Position numbers and translations under genes: made by a program. A stretch of 63,766 nucleotides of DNA, filler included, from Nemertoderma westbladi (Eukaryota > Animalia > Xenacoelomorpha), in assembly GCA_032718475.1 (NCBI GenBank). It is 3 parts of 3 records of this genome, joined end to end, with 100 filler letters (N's around TTAATTAATTAA, not from the genome) between each part and the next. Parts side by side here need not be neighbours in the genome. Positions count along the whole stretch, not along the records: positions 1 to 16,331 come from JAUCBJ010007391.1; positions 16,432 to 45,070 come from JAUCBJ010008628.1; 1 more part is not named here. The stretch is one strand, 5' to 3'. Below, piece by piece: positions 11,518 to 25,700 of the stretch; the stretch's first letter is position 1, and every line of letters begins with the position of its first letter. The notes under the pieces were generated by a model. The model was not told the DNA's origin. It saw only the letters and a list, made by a program, of their open reading frames with translations, and made no database searches.

Positions 11518-14500
11518 TTAAGTCCCAATATTAAATCGTACGACTTTATTTTCAGTTTCATTACAACCTCTCTTAGGACGAAGAAATCTTCGATTTCTCT
11601 TCAAAATACGATTTGAAGACAACTTTATATAATAATCGCGTCCATTCCTGTCAGTTATTACACCGGTGCGTGACCACCGTTTGGTTGTGGGGTTCTGAAG
11701 CAGAACGTCTGTTCCAGGTAACAATGTCGCAAGGTTGCGGGCAGTTCGGTCATAACGCAGTTTTGCGGCCCTTGATATCCGCCAGGCAGACTCCTCTGCC
11801 TCTGCAGCTTGTTTTTGCCATGACGGATCAAAGGCTTTATAATGCTGTGGGACATTGGACCTTAAAGGATGCCCATATACTATCTGGGCTGGGGAGCGAC
11901 CATCTCCCCTCGGTGTGTTTCGTAATTCAAGCATCCCCCTCAGAAATGGTTCTGTATTAATTCGACCGTCGTCTGCCTTTGCAACGAGATTTTTTACTAT
12001 TTTTACCGACACCTCCGCGTGCCCGTTGGATTGTGGATAACACGGTGATGACGGTTTCCAGTCAACACCCCAGCGAACCAAAAAGTCTTTAAATATTTTG
12101 GAGTCATATTGTGGTCCTCCATCAGTGCGCATTCGTACCGGGACCCCGGTCTGTACGAAATATTGCCGAATTACATCGACAACCTGGGTTGCTGATGGGT
12201 CTCTATCCCATCTTGTAACAAATGGGAACCCAGACAAGCGGTCTACGTATACCATGTAGGCATGACCAGCAAACTTAAATAAGTCTGACGAGACAGACTC
12301 AAAAATCCGGGATGGTAGGGGGTCCGATATGCATGGTTCCTTTACATTGCTTGGGAGGCGGTACTGGCATTTCTCACAGGATCGTATAATGTCCTCTATT
12401 TGGGCATTTATTCCAGGCCAGTATACCGATTCCCTACTGCGCCGCTTGGTTCGCTCTAAACCTTGATGCGACTCGTGGAGACTTTTTAATATATCGCCAC
12501 GGGCCCCTTTGGGTATAACTAATCGTTTACCAAACAAGACTAATCCATTTTCTATAGACAGTTCATTCCAGATTTTCCGTAGCTGCTGTACAAATGGATT
12601 ATTAACAGCTGGTGATTGAAAATTATTCTCTAGTGCTTCTATGAGCATTTTGTATTCGAGATCACCCTGAGCTATCTGCTGCAAATTTACAATGATTGGA
12701 TCTTCATAAGGAGAGTATTTGCCAAAGTTACTATCATTTTTAATTGAGTTAGTTGCGGCCTCAAACACAGTAGATGCTACAGTATTTGAGGAACAACCTT
12801 CAACCTCATTAGAATCTGGATCACATACTGGTGCCCTGGACAAAGCATCAGGCACAACGTGAGACTTTCCTTTCTGCCATGTGAGTGTGAAATTATAACA
12901 ACTAAGTTTCATTTTCAAGTTTTGCAATCTCACATTGTCCACCATATCAAGCGTATAAGAGTTCATTATAGGTAGTAAAGGCCTGTGGTCTGTGATCACC
13001 GTAAAATGTGGCTGTCCATACAAATACATACGACACTTATTAATTGACCAGTATATAGCTAGGGCTTCTAGCTCTATTGTGGCGTATTGAGTCTCGCATT
13101 CCTTCAGAAATCGAGAACCGCATTGCACCAGTTGCCACCTAGTGTCATTTTGACGTTTCTGGAACAGGGCAAAACCGAGACCTTTTGTCCGGGAAGCATC
13201 GGTTTCTATTCTAATTTCAGCGTTTTTATCGTAAGGTACAAGAATTGGCGGGGCGGCCAACGCTTTTTTCACGTTTTGAAATGCAGAATCATGGTTATTT
13301 GTCCACAGAAATTCGTTTTTTATTTTTAAAATATCCCGTAATGGGGCCGCCATTTCGCTTATTTCTGCGGAAAACTGAGCCAGCTGCTGAACAAGACCCA
13401 TAAACGACCTGAGTTCGGTGCGGTTTGTGGGTGCCGGGAAATTTTCTATTGCACTAATTTTTGCTGGATCAGCTTTAGTTCCTTCTTTTGAAATAATAAA
13501 TCCGCCGAATTTGACTTCATCTTTTGCAAAATCAAATTTATTTGGGTTCACCGTTATTTTATGTTTATGACACCGTTCTAGAATATCACATATTCTAGAA
13601 ATATGATCTTTTAAACCCGAATCAGCTATTACAATCCCGTCCACCAATCTATGAACATTATCTATACCTGATAATGCTATATCGACCCGTAGGTTATACG
13701 AATCGCCCGTGCTAATATAGCCCATGGGCGCTCGATTAAAAACGAATCGTCCCCATGGAGTAATAAAGCACGTTAGGTCCTTCGACTCAGGATGCATTGG
13801 CACCTGCCAATAAGCAGTTTTGGCGTCCAATGTTGAAAAATATCTAGAGTCCGGTGCAATTTCTGAAATAACGTCAGTTGGTGAACTACTAGGGTGTACA
13901 ATACGCTTAACCTGACGATTCAAATTCGTCAGGTCAACACACACCCTGATGCCTCCGTCTGGTTTGGGTACCACTACTAGAGGGTGGCACCACGCTGTGG
14001 GTCTGTCACCCACTGGTTCTATGATTCCCTTGGCTGAAAGTGAGTCTAATTCTTTTTTAACTTCATCACGTTTTGCATACGCAATTTTTCTTGCTGAATG
14101 TACGGCAAAAGGTTTACAGTTGTCTTTCAGCTCAATTCGCAAAGGATCACCAATAATTTCGCCTGTCATTGTTTTCAATTCAGAATTAACATTGAACACT
14201 GAGGAATAAATATTAAACAGTTTTTTACGGATAGAATTCATCTGGAAATTCGATGGATTTTCCGGGATGTTGTCTATCCAAGTTTTTCGAGCTGATTTTT
14301 CAAATAATGCCAGCTCGTCACAAACATTAGCACTATTTCTTGCAGTGGAACAACGTTTTATTTCTTTCTCAGTTTCACTGGTATATATGTAAGGCAAAGG
14401 GTTTGGCCAGTCACGGTGAATAAGCCGTAGTGCTTTACAGGTTTCAAGTGACAAATACAGAAAGGGTATATTATCACAAATAATAATTTCGTCCAGTTTC

Positions 14501-16043
14501 TGTACCCCTTCCAAAGTTATATAGAGAAAAATACGGCCAATTTGTTTAATTGGATGGCCGTTGATATTTAGTAAATGGTCATTGCTGGGTTCGAGCAAGT
14601 TGGCCTGATCGATACCCAACTTATTTAAAAATTGTTTCCCTGCTACTGTACGATCGGATCCGGTGTCCGGAATTGCACTACATTCAAAAATTGGTTTATT
14701 TTTATCTGAATTGAGAGTCAAAAATACAGTAATGACAGATTGTTTATCTTGAACACAAGATCCAACATGAACAGACGCCTGGGTAAAACTTTCATCGCTA
14801 ACCAATGCTGCCGATTTATCGGCCACTTTACTTTTACAAACACTAGCAAAGTGGTTTCTCTTTTTACAACGGTTGCAAGTTTTACCTTGGGCAGGGCAGG
14901 TTTGAGCCGGCCCGTGGCTTTCGTAACCGCATTTGGTACATTTAGGTAGACTCGGATCGCGAGATCGATATTTGTATCTATCCGAGCTTTTTCGACTGGA
15001 GGATCGGTATCTTCCCCGTGGATATTGGTTTTTCCCGGTTCCGGACGTTGCCCCTACCGACAGGTGCGGTGGGCCGGACCTCGACCTCGACATGCGTTTT
15101 GCGTGCGCTCGCGCTGCCTCCTCGCTACGAACAAACTTTACAGTTTCCTTATGAGTGAGACCCGGTGACTTCGCCAAAAGATCCTGGCGGATTTCCTCGT
15201 CGGAAATCCCGACTGTTATTAACGTCGACATCCAGGCATCTTCGTCCATATCGCGTAACCCTGCGGTTTCTGCCATTTCACTTAATCTCGTATAGAAATT
15301 GTCGAACGACTCTGATTCCTGCTGTTTACAGGTCGTCAGTTCCCACCGGTCCAGCGCGATGTTTTGTTTTTCCTTTAAATATCCCTCGAGTTTATCGAGA
15401 GCTTCTTCTAGAGTCATAGTGGTATTCTGAGGGATTTCCACAGCGTATTGCAATTTTGAAAGGAAACTGGGGCTGCAATACCCGAAGAAGGCAGATATTT
15501 GTTCGTCCCGTGGTTGTAAATGTAATTTAATAGTCTTAGCATAGTTACCCCACGAAATTCTCCATCTGTTGAACCTTTTTAAATCCACCTCCTCGTCAAG
15601 GGCGGGGGGGCGGTTTACCGATGCACATGGGGCGTTGTCTTGCTTCTGGGTTGTTGTTCCCTGACTATGTGACGTGGACTGTAGCGGATCAGAGCCAGGC
15701 GACTGAATCTGAGAAAAATTGGCAGTAACTTGTTTCATAATAACTGCGATATCGTGGTGGTAACGGATCATCTCCATCGAGATATCGTCGAATTGGGTTT
15801 CTTCCGTCCCGCAGTCTGCCTCGGATTGCTGGAGAAGTTCTAACGATTCCCCGAGTTTATCGTATGTGTTCTCCAACTTATATTTCAATCGCTGAACATC
15901 TTCCATTAAAGATTGAGGACGTTCATCAGGATGCAGCTGCGTTAATTGGTCTAACGCAGCTTCCAACTGATTTTTTACCCTCGTATAATTCGATTTAAAC
16001 CCGGAATGGCTTTTTTCGAATGTGCGACGGTTTTCGCTTCCAT
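11518..16043 (-). CDS. Gag-Pol polyprotein (gag with two CCHC knuckles, protease, RT, RNase H, integrase); likely ATG at 16043 is one base out of frame with the 1482-aa ORF
   Basis: Knuckles CTKCGYESHGPAQTC and CNRCKKRNHFASVC; protease IPDTGS; RT LDAKTAYWQ, TPWGRF, LVDG; RNase H TDAS, ELEALA, TDHRPL; integrase HHCC (HESHQG..CEKC) and D(SDLF)-D(TDGG)-E(NGHAE). Confidence 0.92.
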
Positions 16044-16225
16044 TGTAAGATAGTAGTACCTACTGCTGTACAGTAGTACCGGTACGTGTAGCATGCCTAC
16101 CGTACCTGCGTAGTGTACTTTTCCGGAAGGCAGGCGGTCCGTAGGCTCTCCGCTCCTTCAGTCCCGTCCTTTTTAGCTTCAGCAGTCCGTGTACAGTGCG
16201 GTTTCTTTGAATGCGTATATTAATA

Positions 16226-16237
16226 CACACTGCGCCA
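16226..16237 (-). promoter_or_regulatory. Primer-binding site, probably tRNA-Ser
   Basis: Minus-strand TGGCGCAGTGTG directly follows the 5' LTR. It is complementary to a tRNA 3' end ...ACTGCGCCA, as recalled for invertebrate tRNA-Ser. Confidence 0.7.
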
Positions 16238-16331
16238 TGTTGTGTTATCCCCCGAGCGTGGGAAATACATCAGGTTAGTTACATCAGATATATTCATTAG
16301 TATATTGTCACGATACACAATAATCTATAAT
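16238..16331 (-). repeat. 5' LTR (partial, truncated by the gap)
   Basis: Base-for-base identical to 11201-11294. Confidence 0.92.
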
Positions 16332-16431
16332 NNNNNNNNNNNNNNNNNNNNNNNNNNNNNNNNNNNNNNNNNNNNTTAATTAATTAANNNNNNNNNNNNN
16401 NNNNNNNNNNNNNNNNNNNNNNNNNNNNNNN
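16332..16431. other. Artificial scaffold gap linker (44 N + TTAATTAATTAA + 44 N)
   Basis: A six-frame stop linker centred in exactly 100 bp. The same construct is at 45071-45170. Confidence 0.97.
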
Positions 16432-16731
16432 TGTTTATGTAGATAAAGCGCCACGTCCTAAAGGAACTGTTAATATTACCGAAGGTGAATAATATTGTCA
16501 GAGATTATATAATACTGTCAGTCGAATAATACATTAGGCTTACATAGCAATACAAATTAAACCGTCGAACCCAATCTCCCGGGAATATCCAGCGGGTGAA
16601 TGGTCGCGCACGGATTGGTTTCGACTAGTGTAGTGAATCAAATACTTGTCATAGACTAAAAAGCAGATTTATTATCTAGAAGACATTCTAATTTGGCGGG
16701 TTAAACTGCCAAAGGTCTGAAAGCGCGAACA

Positions 16732-19700
16732 GGGTCTGGTGTAGCTAATTATAGTATCTCGGGTCTGGTGTAGCTAATTATAGAATCTCGGGTCTGGTGT
16801 AGCTAATTATAGTATCTCGGGTCTGGTGTAGCTTATTATAGTATATCGGGTCTGGTGTAGCTAATTATAGTATCTCGGGTCTGGTGTAGCTAATTATAGT
16901 ATCTCGGTTCTGGTGTAGCTAATTATAGTATCTCGGGTCTGGTGTAGCTAATTATAGAATCTCGGGTCTGGTGTAGCTAATTATAGTATCTCGGGTCTGG
17001 TGTAGCTTATTATAGTATATCGGGTCTGGTGTAGCTAATTATAGTATCTCGGGTCTGGTGTAGCTAATTATAGTATCTCGGTTCTGGTGTAGCTAATTAT
17101 AGTATCTCGGGTCTGGTGTAGCTAATTATAGTATATCGGGTCTGGTGTAGCTAATTATAGTATATCGGGTCTGGTGTAGCTAATTATAGTATATCGGGTC
17201 TGGTGTAGCTAATTATAGTATCTCGGTTCTGGTGTAGCTAATTATAGTATCTCGGTTCTGGTGTAGCTAATTATAGTATCTCGGGTCTGGTGTAGCTAAT
17301 TATAGTATATCGGGTCTGGTGTAGCTAATTATAGTATCTCGGTTCTGGTGTAGCTAATTATAGTATATCGGGTCTGGTGTAGCTAATTATAGTATATCGG
17401 GTCTGGTGTAGCTAATTATAGTATATCGGGTCTGGTGTAGCTAATTATAGTATCTCGGGTCTGGTGTAGCTAATTATACTATATCTGGTCTGGTGTAGCT
17501 AATTATAGTATATCGGTTCTGGTGTAGCTAATTATAGTATCTCGGGTCTGGTGTAGCTAATTATAGTATCTCTGGTCTGGTGTAGCTAATTATAGTATCT
17601 CGGGTCTGGTGTAGCTAATCATAGTATATCGGGTCTGGTGTAGCTAATTATAGTATCTCGGGTCTGGTGTAGCTAATTATCGTATCTCTGGTCTGGTGTA
17701 GCTAATTATAGTATCTCGGGTCTGGTGTAGCTAATTATAGTATCTCGGGTCTGGTGTAGCTAATTATAGTATATCGGCTCTGGTGTAGCTAATTATAGTA
17801 TATCGGGTCTGGTGTAGCTGATTATAGTATCTCGGGTCTGGTGTAGCTAATTATAGTATATCGGGTCTGGTGTAGCTAATTATAGTATATCGGGTCTGGT
17901 GTAGCTAATTATAGTATCTCGGGTCTGGTGTAGCTAATTATAGTATCTCGGGTCTGGTGTAGCTAATTATAGTATCTCTGGTCTGGTGTAGCTAATCATA
18001 GTATATCGGGTCTGGTGTAGCTAATTATAGTATCTCGGGTCTGGTGTAGCTAATTATAGTATCTCGGGTCTGGTGTAGCTAATTATAGTATATCGGGTCT
18101 GGTGTAGCTAATTATAGTATCTCGGGTCTGGTGTAGCTAATTATAGTATATCGGGTCTGGTGTAGCTAATTATAGTATCTCTGGTCTGGTGTAGCTAATT
18201 ATAGTATCTCGGGTCTGGTGTAGCTAATTATAGTATATCGGGTCTGGTGTAGCTAATTATAGTATCTCTGGTCTGGTGTAGCTAATTATAGTATATCGGG
18301 TCTGGTGTAGCTAATTATAGTATATCGGGTCTGGTGTAGCTAATTATAGTATCTCTGGTCTGGTGTAGCTAATTATAGTATATCGGGTCTGGTGTAGCTA
18401 ATTATAGTATCTCTGGTCTGGTGTAGCTAATTATAGTATATCGGGTCTGGTGTAGCTAATTATAGTATCTCGGGTCTGGTGTAGCTAATTATAGTATCTC
18501 GGGTCTGGTGTAGCTAATTATAGTATATCGGGTCTGGTGTAGCTAATTATCGTATCTCTGGTCTGGTGTAGCTAATTATAGTATCTCGGGTCTGGTGTAG
18601 CTAATTATAGTATCTCGGGTCTGGTGTAGCTAATTATAGTATATCGGCTCTGGTGTAGCTAATTATAGTATATCGGGTCTGGTGTAGCTGATTATAGTAT
18701 CTCGGGTCTGGTGTAGCTAATTATAGTATATCGGGTCTGGTGTAGCTAATTATCGTATCTCTGGTCTGGTGTAGCTAATTATAGTATCTCTGGTCTGGTG
18801 TAGCTAATTATAGTATCTCTGGTCTGGTGTAGCTAATTATAGTATCTCGGGTCTGGTGTAGCTAATTATAGTATCTCGGGTCTGGTGTAGCTAATTATAG
18901 TATATCGGGTCTGGTGTAGCTAATTATAGTATCTCGGGTCTGGTGTAGCTAATTATAGTATCTCGGGTCTGGTGTAGCTAATTATAGTATCTCTGGTCTG
19001 GTGTAGCTAATTATAGTATATCGGGTCTGGTGTAGCTAATTATAGTATCTCGGGTCTGGTGTAGCTAATTATAGTATCTCGGGTCTGGTGTAGCTAATTA
19101 TAGTATATCGGGTCTGGTGTAGCTAATTATCGTATCTCTGGTCTGGTGTAGCTAATTATAGTATCTCGGGTCTGGTGTAGCTAATTATAGTATCTCGGGT
19201 CTGGTGTAGCTAATTATAGTATATCGGCTCTGGTGTAGCTAATTATAGTATATCGGGTCTGGTGTAGCTGATTATAGTATCTCGGGTCTGGTGTAGCTAA
19301 TTATAGTATATCGGGTCTGGTGTAGCTAATTATCGTATCTCTGGTCTGGTGTAGCTAATTATAGTATCTCTGGTCTGGTGTAGCTAATTATAGTATCTCT
19401 GGTCTGGTGTAGCTAATTATAGTATCCCGGGTCTGGTGTAGCTAATTATAGTATATCGGCTCTGGTGTAGCTAATTATAGTATATCGGGTCTGGTGTAGC
19501 TGATTATAGTATCTCGGATCGGGTGTAGCTAATTATAGTATCTCGGGTCTGGTGTAGCTAATTATAGTATATCGGCTCTGGTGTAGCTAATTATAGTATA
19601 TCGGGTCTGGTGTAGCTGATTATAGTATCTCGGATCGGGTGTAGCTAATTATAGTATATCGGGTCTGGTGTAGCTAATTATAGTATCTCGGGTCTGGTGT

Positions 19701-22700
19701 AGCTAATTATAGTATATCGGGTCTGGTGTAGCTAATTATAGTATCTCTGGTCTGGTGTAGCTAATTATAGTATCCCGGGTCTGGTGTAGCTAATTATAGT
19801 ATATCGGCTCTGGTGTAGCTAATTATAGTATATCGGGTCTGGTGTAGCTGATTATAGTATCTCGGATCGGGTGTAGCTAATTATAGTATCTCGGGTCTGG
19901 TGTAGCTAATTATAGTATATCGGCTCTGGTGTAGCTAATTATAGTATATCGGGTCTGGTGTAGCTGATTATAGTATCTCGGATCGGGTGTAGCTAATTAT
20001 AGTATATCGGGTCTGGTGTAGCTAATTATAGTATCTCGGGTCTGGTGTAGCTAATTATAGTATATCGGGTCTGGTGTAGCTAATTATAGTATATCGGGTC
20101 TGGTGTAGCTAATTATAGTATATCGGGTCTGGTGTAGCTAATTATAGTATATCGGGTCTGGTGTAGCTAATTATAGTATCTCGGGTCTGGTGTAGCTAAT
20201 TATAGTATATCGGCTCTGGTGTAGCTAATTATAGTATATCGGGTCTGGTGTAGCTGATTATAGTATCTCGGATCGGGTGTAGCTAATTATAGTATATCGG
20301 GTCTGGTGTAGCTAATTATAGTATCTCGGGTCTGGTGTAGCTAATTATAGTATATCGGGTCTGGTGTAGCTAATTATAGTATATCGGGTCTGGTGTAGCT
20401 AATTATAGTATATCGGGTCTGGTGTAGCTAATTATAGTATATCGGGTCTGGTGTAGCTAATTATAGTATCTCGGGTCTGGTGTAGCTAATTATAGTATCT
20501 CGGGTCTGGTGTAGCTAATTATAGTATCTCTGGTCTGGTGTAGCTAATTATAGTATCTCGGGTCTGGTGTAGCTAATTATAGTATATCGGGTCTGGTGTA
20601 GCTAATTATAGTATCTCGGTTCTGGTGTAGCTAATTATAGTATCTCGGTTCTGGTGTAGCTAATTATAGTATCTCGGGTCTGGTGTAGCTAATTATAGTA
20701 TATCGGGTCTGGTGTAGCTAATTATAGTATCTCGGTTCTGGTGTAGCTAATTATAGTATATCGGGTCTGGTGTAGCTAATTATAGTATATCGGGTCTGGT
20801 GTAGCTAATTATAGTATATCGGGTCTGGTGTAGCTAATTATAGTATCTCTGGTCTGGTGTAGCTAATTATAGTATCTCGGGTCTGGTGTAGCTAATTATA
20901 GTATCTCGGGTCTGGTGTAGCTAATTATACTATATCTGGTCTGGTGTAGCTAATTATAGTATATCGGTTCTGGTGTAGCTAATTATAGTATCTCGGGTCT
21001 GGTGTAGCTAATTATAGTATCTCGGGTCTGGTGTAGCTAATTATAGTATCTCGGGTCTGGTGTAGCTAATTATAGTATCTCGGGTCTGGTGTAGCTAATT
21101 ATAGTATCTCTGGTCTGGTGTAGCTAATCATAGTATCTCGGGTCTGGTGTAGCTAATTATAGTATCTCTGGTCTGGTGTAGCTAATTATAGTATCTCGGG
21201 TCTGGTGTAGCTAATTATAGTATATCGGGTCTGGTGTAGCTAATTATAGTATCTCGGGTCTAGTGTAGCTAATTAAATAAATCGGGTCTGGTGTAGCTAA
21301 TTATAGTATCTCGGGTCTGGTGTAGCTAATTATAGTATCTCGGGTCTGGTGTAGCTAATTATAGTATCTCGGGTCTGGTGTAGCTTATTATAGTATATCG
21401 GGTCTGGTGTAGCTAATTATAGTATCTCGGGTCTGGTGTAGCTAATTATAGTATCTCGGTTCTGGTGTAGCTAATTATAGTATCTCGGGTCTGGTGTAGC
21501 TAATTATAGAATCTCGGGTCTGGTGTAGCTAATTATAGTATCTCGGGTCTGGTGTAGCTTATTATAGTATATCGGGTCTGGTGTAGCTAATTATAGTATC
21601 TCGGGTCTGGTGTAGCTAATTATAGTATCTCGGTTCTGGTGTAGCTAATTATAGTATCTCGGGTCTGGTGTAGCTAATTATAGTATATCGGGTCTGGTGT
21701 AGCTAATTATAGTATATCGGGTCTGGTGTAGCTAATTATAGTATATCGGGTCTGGTGTAGCTAATTATAGTATCTCGGTTCTGGTGTAGCTAATTATAGT
21801 ATCTCGGTTCTGGTGTAGCTAATTATAGTATCTCGGGTCTGGTGTAGCTAATTATAGTATATCGGGTCTGGTGTAGCTAATTATAGTATCTCGGTTCTGG
21901 TGTAGCTAATTATAGTATATCGGGTCTGGTGTAGCTAATTATAGTATATCGGGTCTGGTGTAGCTAATTATAGTATATCGGGTCTGGTGTAGCTAATTAT
22001 AGTATCTCGGGTCTGGTGTAGCTAATTATACTATATCTGGTCTGGTGTAGCTAATTATAGTATATCGGTTCTGGTGTAGCTAATTATAGTATCTCGGGTC
22101 TGGTGTAGCTAATTATAGTATCTCTGGTCTGGTGTAGCTAATTATAGTATCTCGGGTCTGGTGTAGCTAATCATAGTATATCGGGTCTGGTGTAGCTAAT
22201 TATAGTATCTCGGGTCTGGTGTAGCTAATTATCGTATCTCTGGTCTGGTGTAGCTAATTATAGTATCTCGGGTCTGGTGTAGCTAATTATAGTATCTCGG
22301 GTCTGGTGTAGCTAATTATAGTATATCGGCTCTGGTGTAGCTAATTATAGTATATCGGGTCTGGTGTAGCTGATTATAGTATCTCGGGTCTGGTGTAGCT
22401 AATTATAGTATATCGGGTCTGGTGTAGCTAATTATAGTATATCGGGTCTGGTGTAGCTAATTATAGTATCTCGGGTCTGGTGTAGCTAATTATAGTATCT
22501 CGGGTCTGGTGTAGCTAATTATAGTATCTCTGGTCTGGTGTAGCTAATCATAGTATATCGGGTCTGGTGTAGCTAATTATAGTATCTCGGGTCTGGTGTA
22601 GCTAATTATAGTATCTCGGGTCTGGTGTAGCTAATTATAGTATATCGGGTCTGGTGTAGCTAATTATAGTATCTCGGGTCTGGTGTAGCTAATTATAGTA

Positions 22701-25700
22701 TATCGGGTCTGGTGTAGCTAATTATAGTATCTCTGGTCTGGTGTAGCTAATTATAGTATCTCGGGTCTGGTGTAGCTAATTATAGTATATCGGGTCTGGT
22801 GTAGCTAATTATAGTATCTCTGGTCTGGTGTAGCTAATTATAGTATATCGGGTCTGGTGTAGCTAATTATAGTATATCGGGTCTGGTGTAGCTAATTATA
22901 GTATCTCTGGTCTGGTGTAGCTAATTATAGTATATCGGGTCTGGTGTAGCTAATTATAGTATCTCTGGTCTGGTGTAGCTAATTATAGTATATCGGGTCT
23001 GGTGTAGCTAATTATAGTATCTCGGGTCTGGTGTAGCTAATTATAGTATCTCGGGTCTGGTGTAGCTAATTATAGTATATCGGGTGTATCTCGGGTCTGG
23101 TGTAGCTAATTATAGTATATCGGGTCTGGTGTAGCTAATTATCGTATCTCTGGTCTGGTGTAGCTAATTATAGTATCTCGGGTCTGGTGTAGCTAATTAT
23201 AGTATCTCGGGTCTGGTGTAGCTAATTATAGTATATCGGCTCTGGTGTAGCTAATTATAGTATATCGGGTCTGGTGTAGCTGATTATAGTATCTCGGGTC
23301 TGGTGTAGCTAATTATAGTATATCGGGTCTGGTGTAGCTAATTATCGTATCTCTGGTCTGGTGTAGCTAATTATAGTATCTCTGGTCTGGTGTAGCTAAT
23401 TATAGTATCTCTGGTCTGGTGTAGCTAATTATAGTATCTCGGGTCTGGTGTAGCTAATTATAGTATCTCGGGTCTGGTGTAGCTAATTATAGTATATCGG
23501 GTCTGGTGTAGCTAATTATAGTATCTCGGGTCTGGTGTAGCTAATTATAGTATCTCGGGTCTGGTGTAGCTAATTATAGTATCTCTGGTCTGGTGTAGCT
23601 AATTATAGTATATCGGGTCTGGTGTAGCTAATTATAGTATCTCGGGTCTGGTGTAGCTAATTATAGTATCTCGGGTCTGGTGTAGCTAATTATAGTATAT
23701 CGGGTCTGGTGTAGCTAATTATCGTATCTCTGGTCTGGTGTAGCTAATTATAGTATCTCGGGTCTGGTGTAGCTAATTATAGTATCTCGGGTCTGGTGTA
23801 GCTAATTATAGTATATCGGCTCTGGTGTAGCTAATTATAGTATATCGGGTCTGGTGTAGCTGATTATAGTATCTCGGGTCTGGTGTAGCTAATTATAGTA
23901 TATCGGGTCTGGTGTAGCTAATTATCGTATCTCTGGTCTGGTGTAGCTAATTATAGTATCTCTGGTCTGGTGTAGCTAATTATAGTATCTCTGGTCTGGT
24001 GTAGCTAATTATAGTATCCCGGGTCTGGTGTAGCTAATTATAGTATATCGGCTCTGGTGTAGCTAATTATAGTATATCGGGTCTGGTGTAGCTGATTATA
24101 GTATCTCGGATCGGGTGTAGCTAATTATAGTATCTCGGGTCTGGTGTAGCTAATTATAGTATATCGGCTCTGGTGTAGCTAATTATAGTATATCGGGTCT
24201 GGTGTAGCTGATTATAGTATCTCGGATCGGGTGTAGCTAATTATAGTATATCGGGTCTGGTGTAGCTAATTATAGTATCTCGGGTCTGGTGTAGCTAATT
24301 ATAGTATATCGGGTCTGGTGTAGCTAATTATAGTATCTCTGGTCTGGTGTAGCTAATTATAGTATCCCGGGTCTGGTGTAGCTAATTATAGTATATCGGC
24401 TCTGGTGTAGCTAATTATAGTATATCGGGTCTGGTGTAGCTGATTATAGTATCTCGGATCGGGTGTAGCTAATTATAGTATCTCGGGTCTGGTGTAGCTA
24501 ATTATAGTATATCGGCTCTGGTGTAGCTAATTATAGTATATCGGGTCTGGTGTAGCTGATTATAGTATCTCGGATCGGGTGTAGCTAATTATAGTATATC
24601 GGGTCTGGTGTAGCTAATTATAGTATCTCGGGTCTGGTGTAGCTAATTATAGTATATCGGGTCTGGTGTAGCTAATTATAGTATATCGGGTCTGGTGTAG
24701 CTAATTATAGTATATCGGGTCTGGTGTAGCTAATTATAGTATATCGGGTCTGGTGTAGCTAATTATAGTATCTCGGGTCTGGTGTAGCTAATTATAGTAT
24801 ATCGGCTCTGGTGTAGCTAATTATAGTATATCGGGTCTGGTGTAGCTGATTATAGTATCTCGGATCGGGTGTAGCTAATTATAGTATATCGGGTCTGGTG
24901 TAGCTAATTATAGTATCTCGGGTCTGGTGTAGCTAATTATAGTATATCGGGTCTGGTGTAGCTAATTATAGTATATCGGGTCTGGTGTAGCTAATTATAG
25001 TATATCGGGTCTGGTGTAGCTAATTATAGTATATCGGGTCTGGTGTAGCTAATTATAGTATCTCGGGTCTGGTGTAGCTAATTATAGTATCTCGGGTCTG
25101 GTGTAGCTAATTATAGTATCTCTGGTCTGGTGTAGCTAATTATAGTATCTCGGGTCTGGTGTAGCTAATTATAGTATATCGGGTCTGGTGTAGCTAATTA
25201 TAGTATCTCGGTTCTGGTGTAGCTAATTATAGTATCTCGGTTCTGGTGTAGCTAATTATAGTATCTCGGGTCTGGTGTAGCTAATTATAGTATATCGGGT
25301 CTGGTGTAGCTAATTATAGTATCTCGGTTCTGGTGTAGCTAATTATAGTATATCGGGTCTGGTGTAGCTAATTATAGTATATCGGGTCTGGTGTAGCTAA
25401 TTATAGTATATCGGGTCTGGTGTAGCTAATTATAGTATCTCTGGTCTGGTGTAGCTAATTATAGTATCTCGGGTCTGGTGTAGCTAATTATAGTATCTCG
25501 GGTCTGGTGTAGCTAATTATACTATATCTGGTCTGGTGTAGCTAATTATAGTATATCGGTTCTGGTGTAGCTAATTATAGTATCTCGGGTCTGGTGTAGC
25601 TAATTATAGTATCTCGGGTCTGGTGTAGCTAATTATAGTATCTCGGGTCTGGTGTAGCTAATTATAGTATCTCGGGTCTGGTGTAGCTAATTATAGTATC

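Larger units (their letters stand above)
11201..16331 (-). mobile_element. Near full-length young Ty3/gypsy (Mag-type) LTR retrotransposon; 5' LTR cut by the assembly gap
   Basis: TG...CA 254-bp LTR, PPT, PBS and a single gag-pol ORF. The 94 visible bases of the 5' LTR are identical to the 3' LTR. Confidence 0.95.

Noticed and set aside
16376-16387. TTAATTAATTAA as a biological motif
   Set aside because: It is centred in exactly 100-bp N gaps twice, so it is a synthetic six-frame stop linker.
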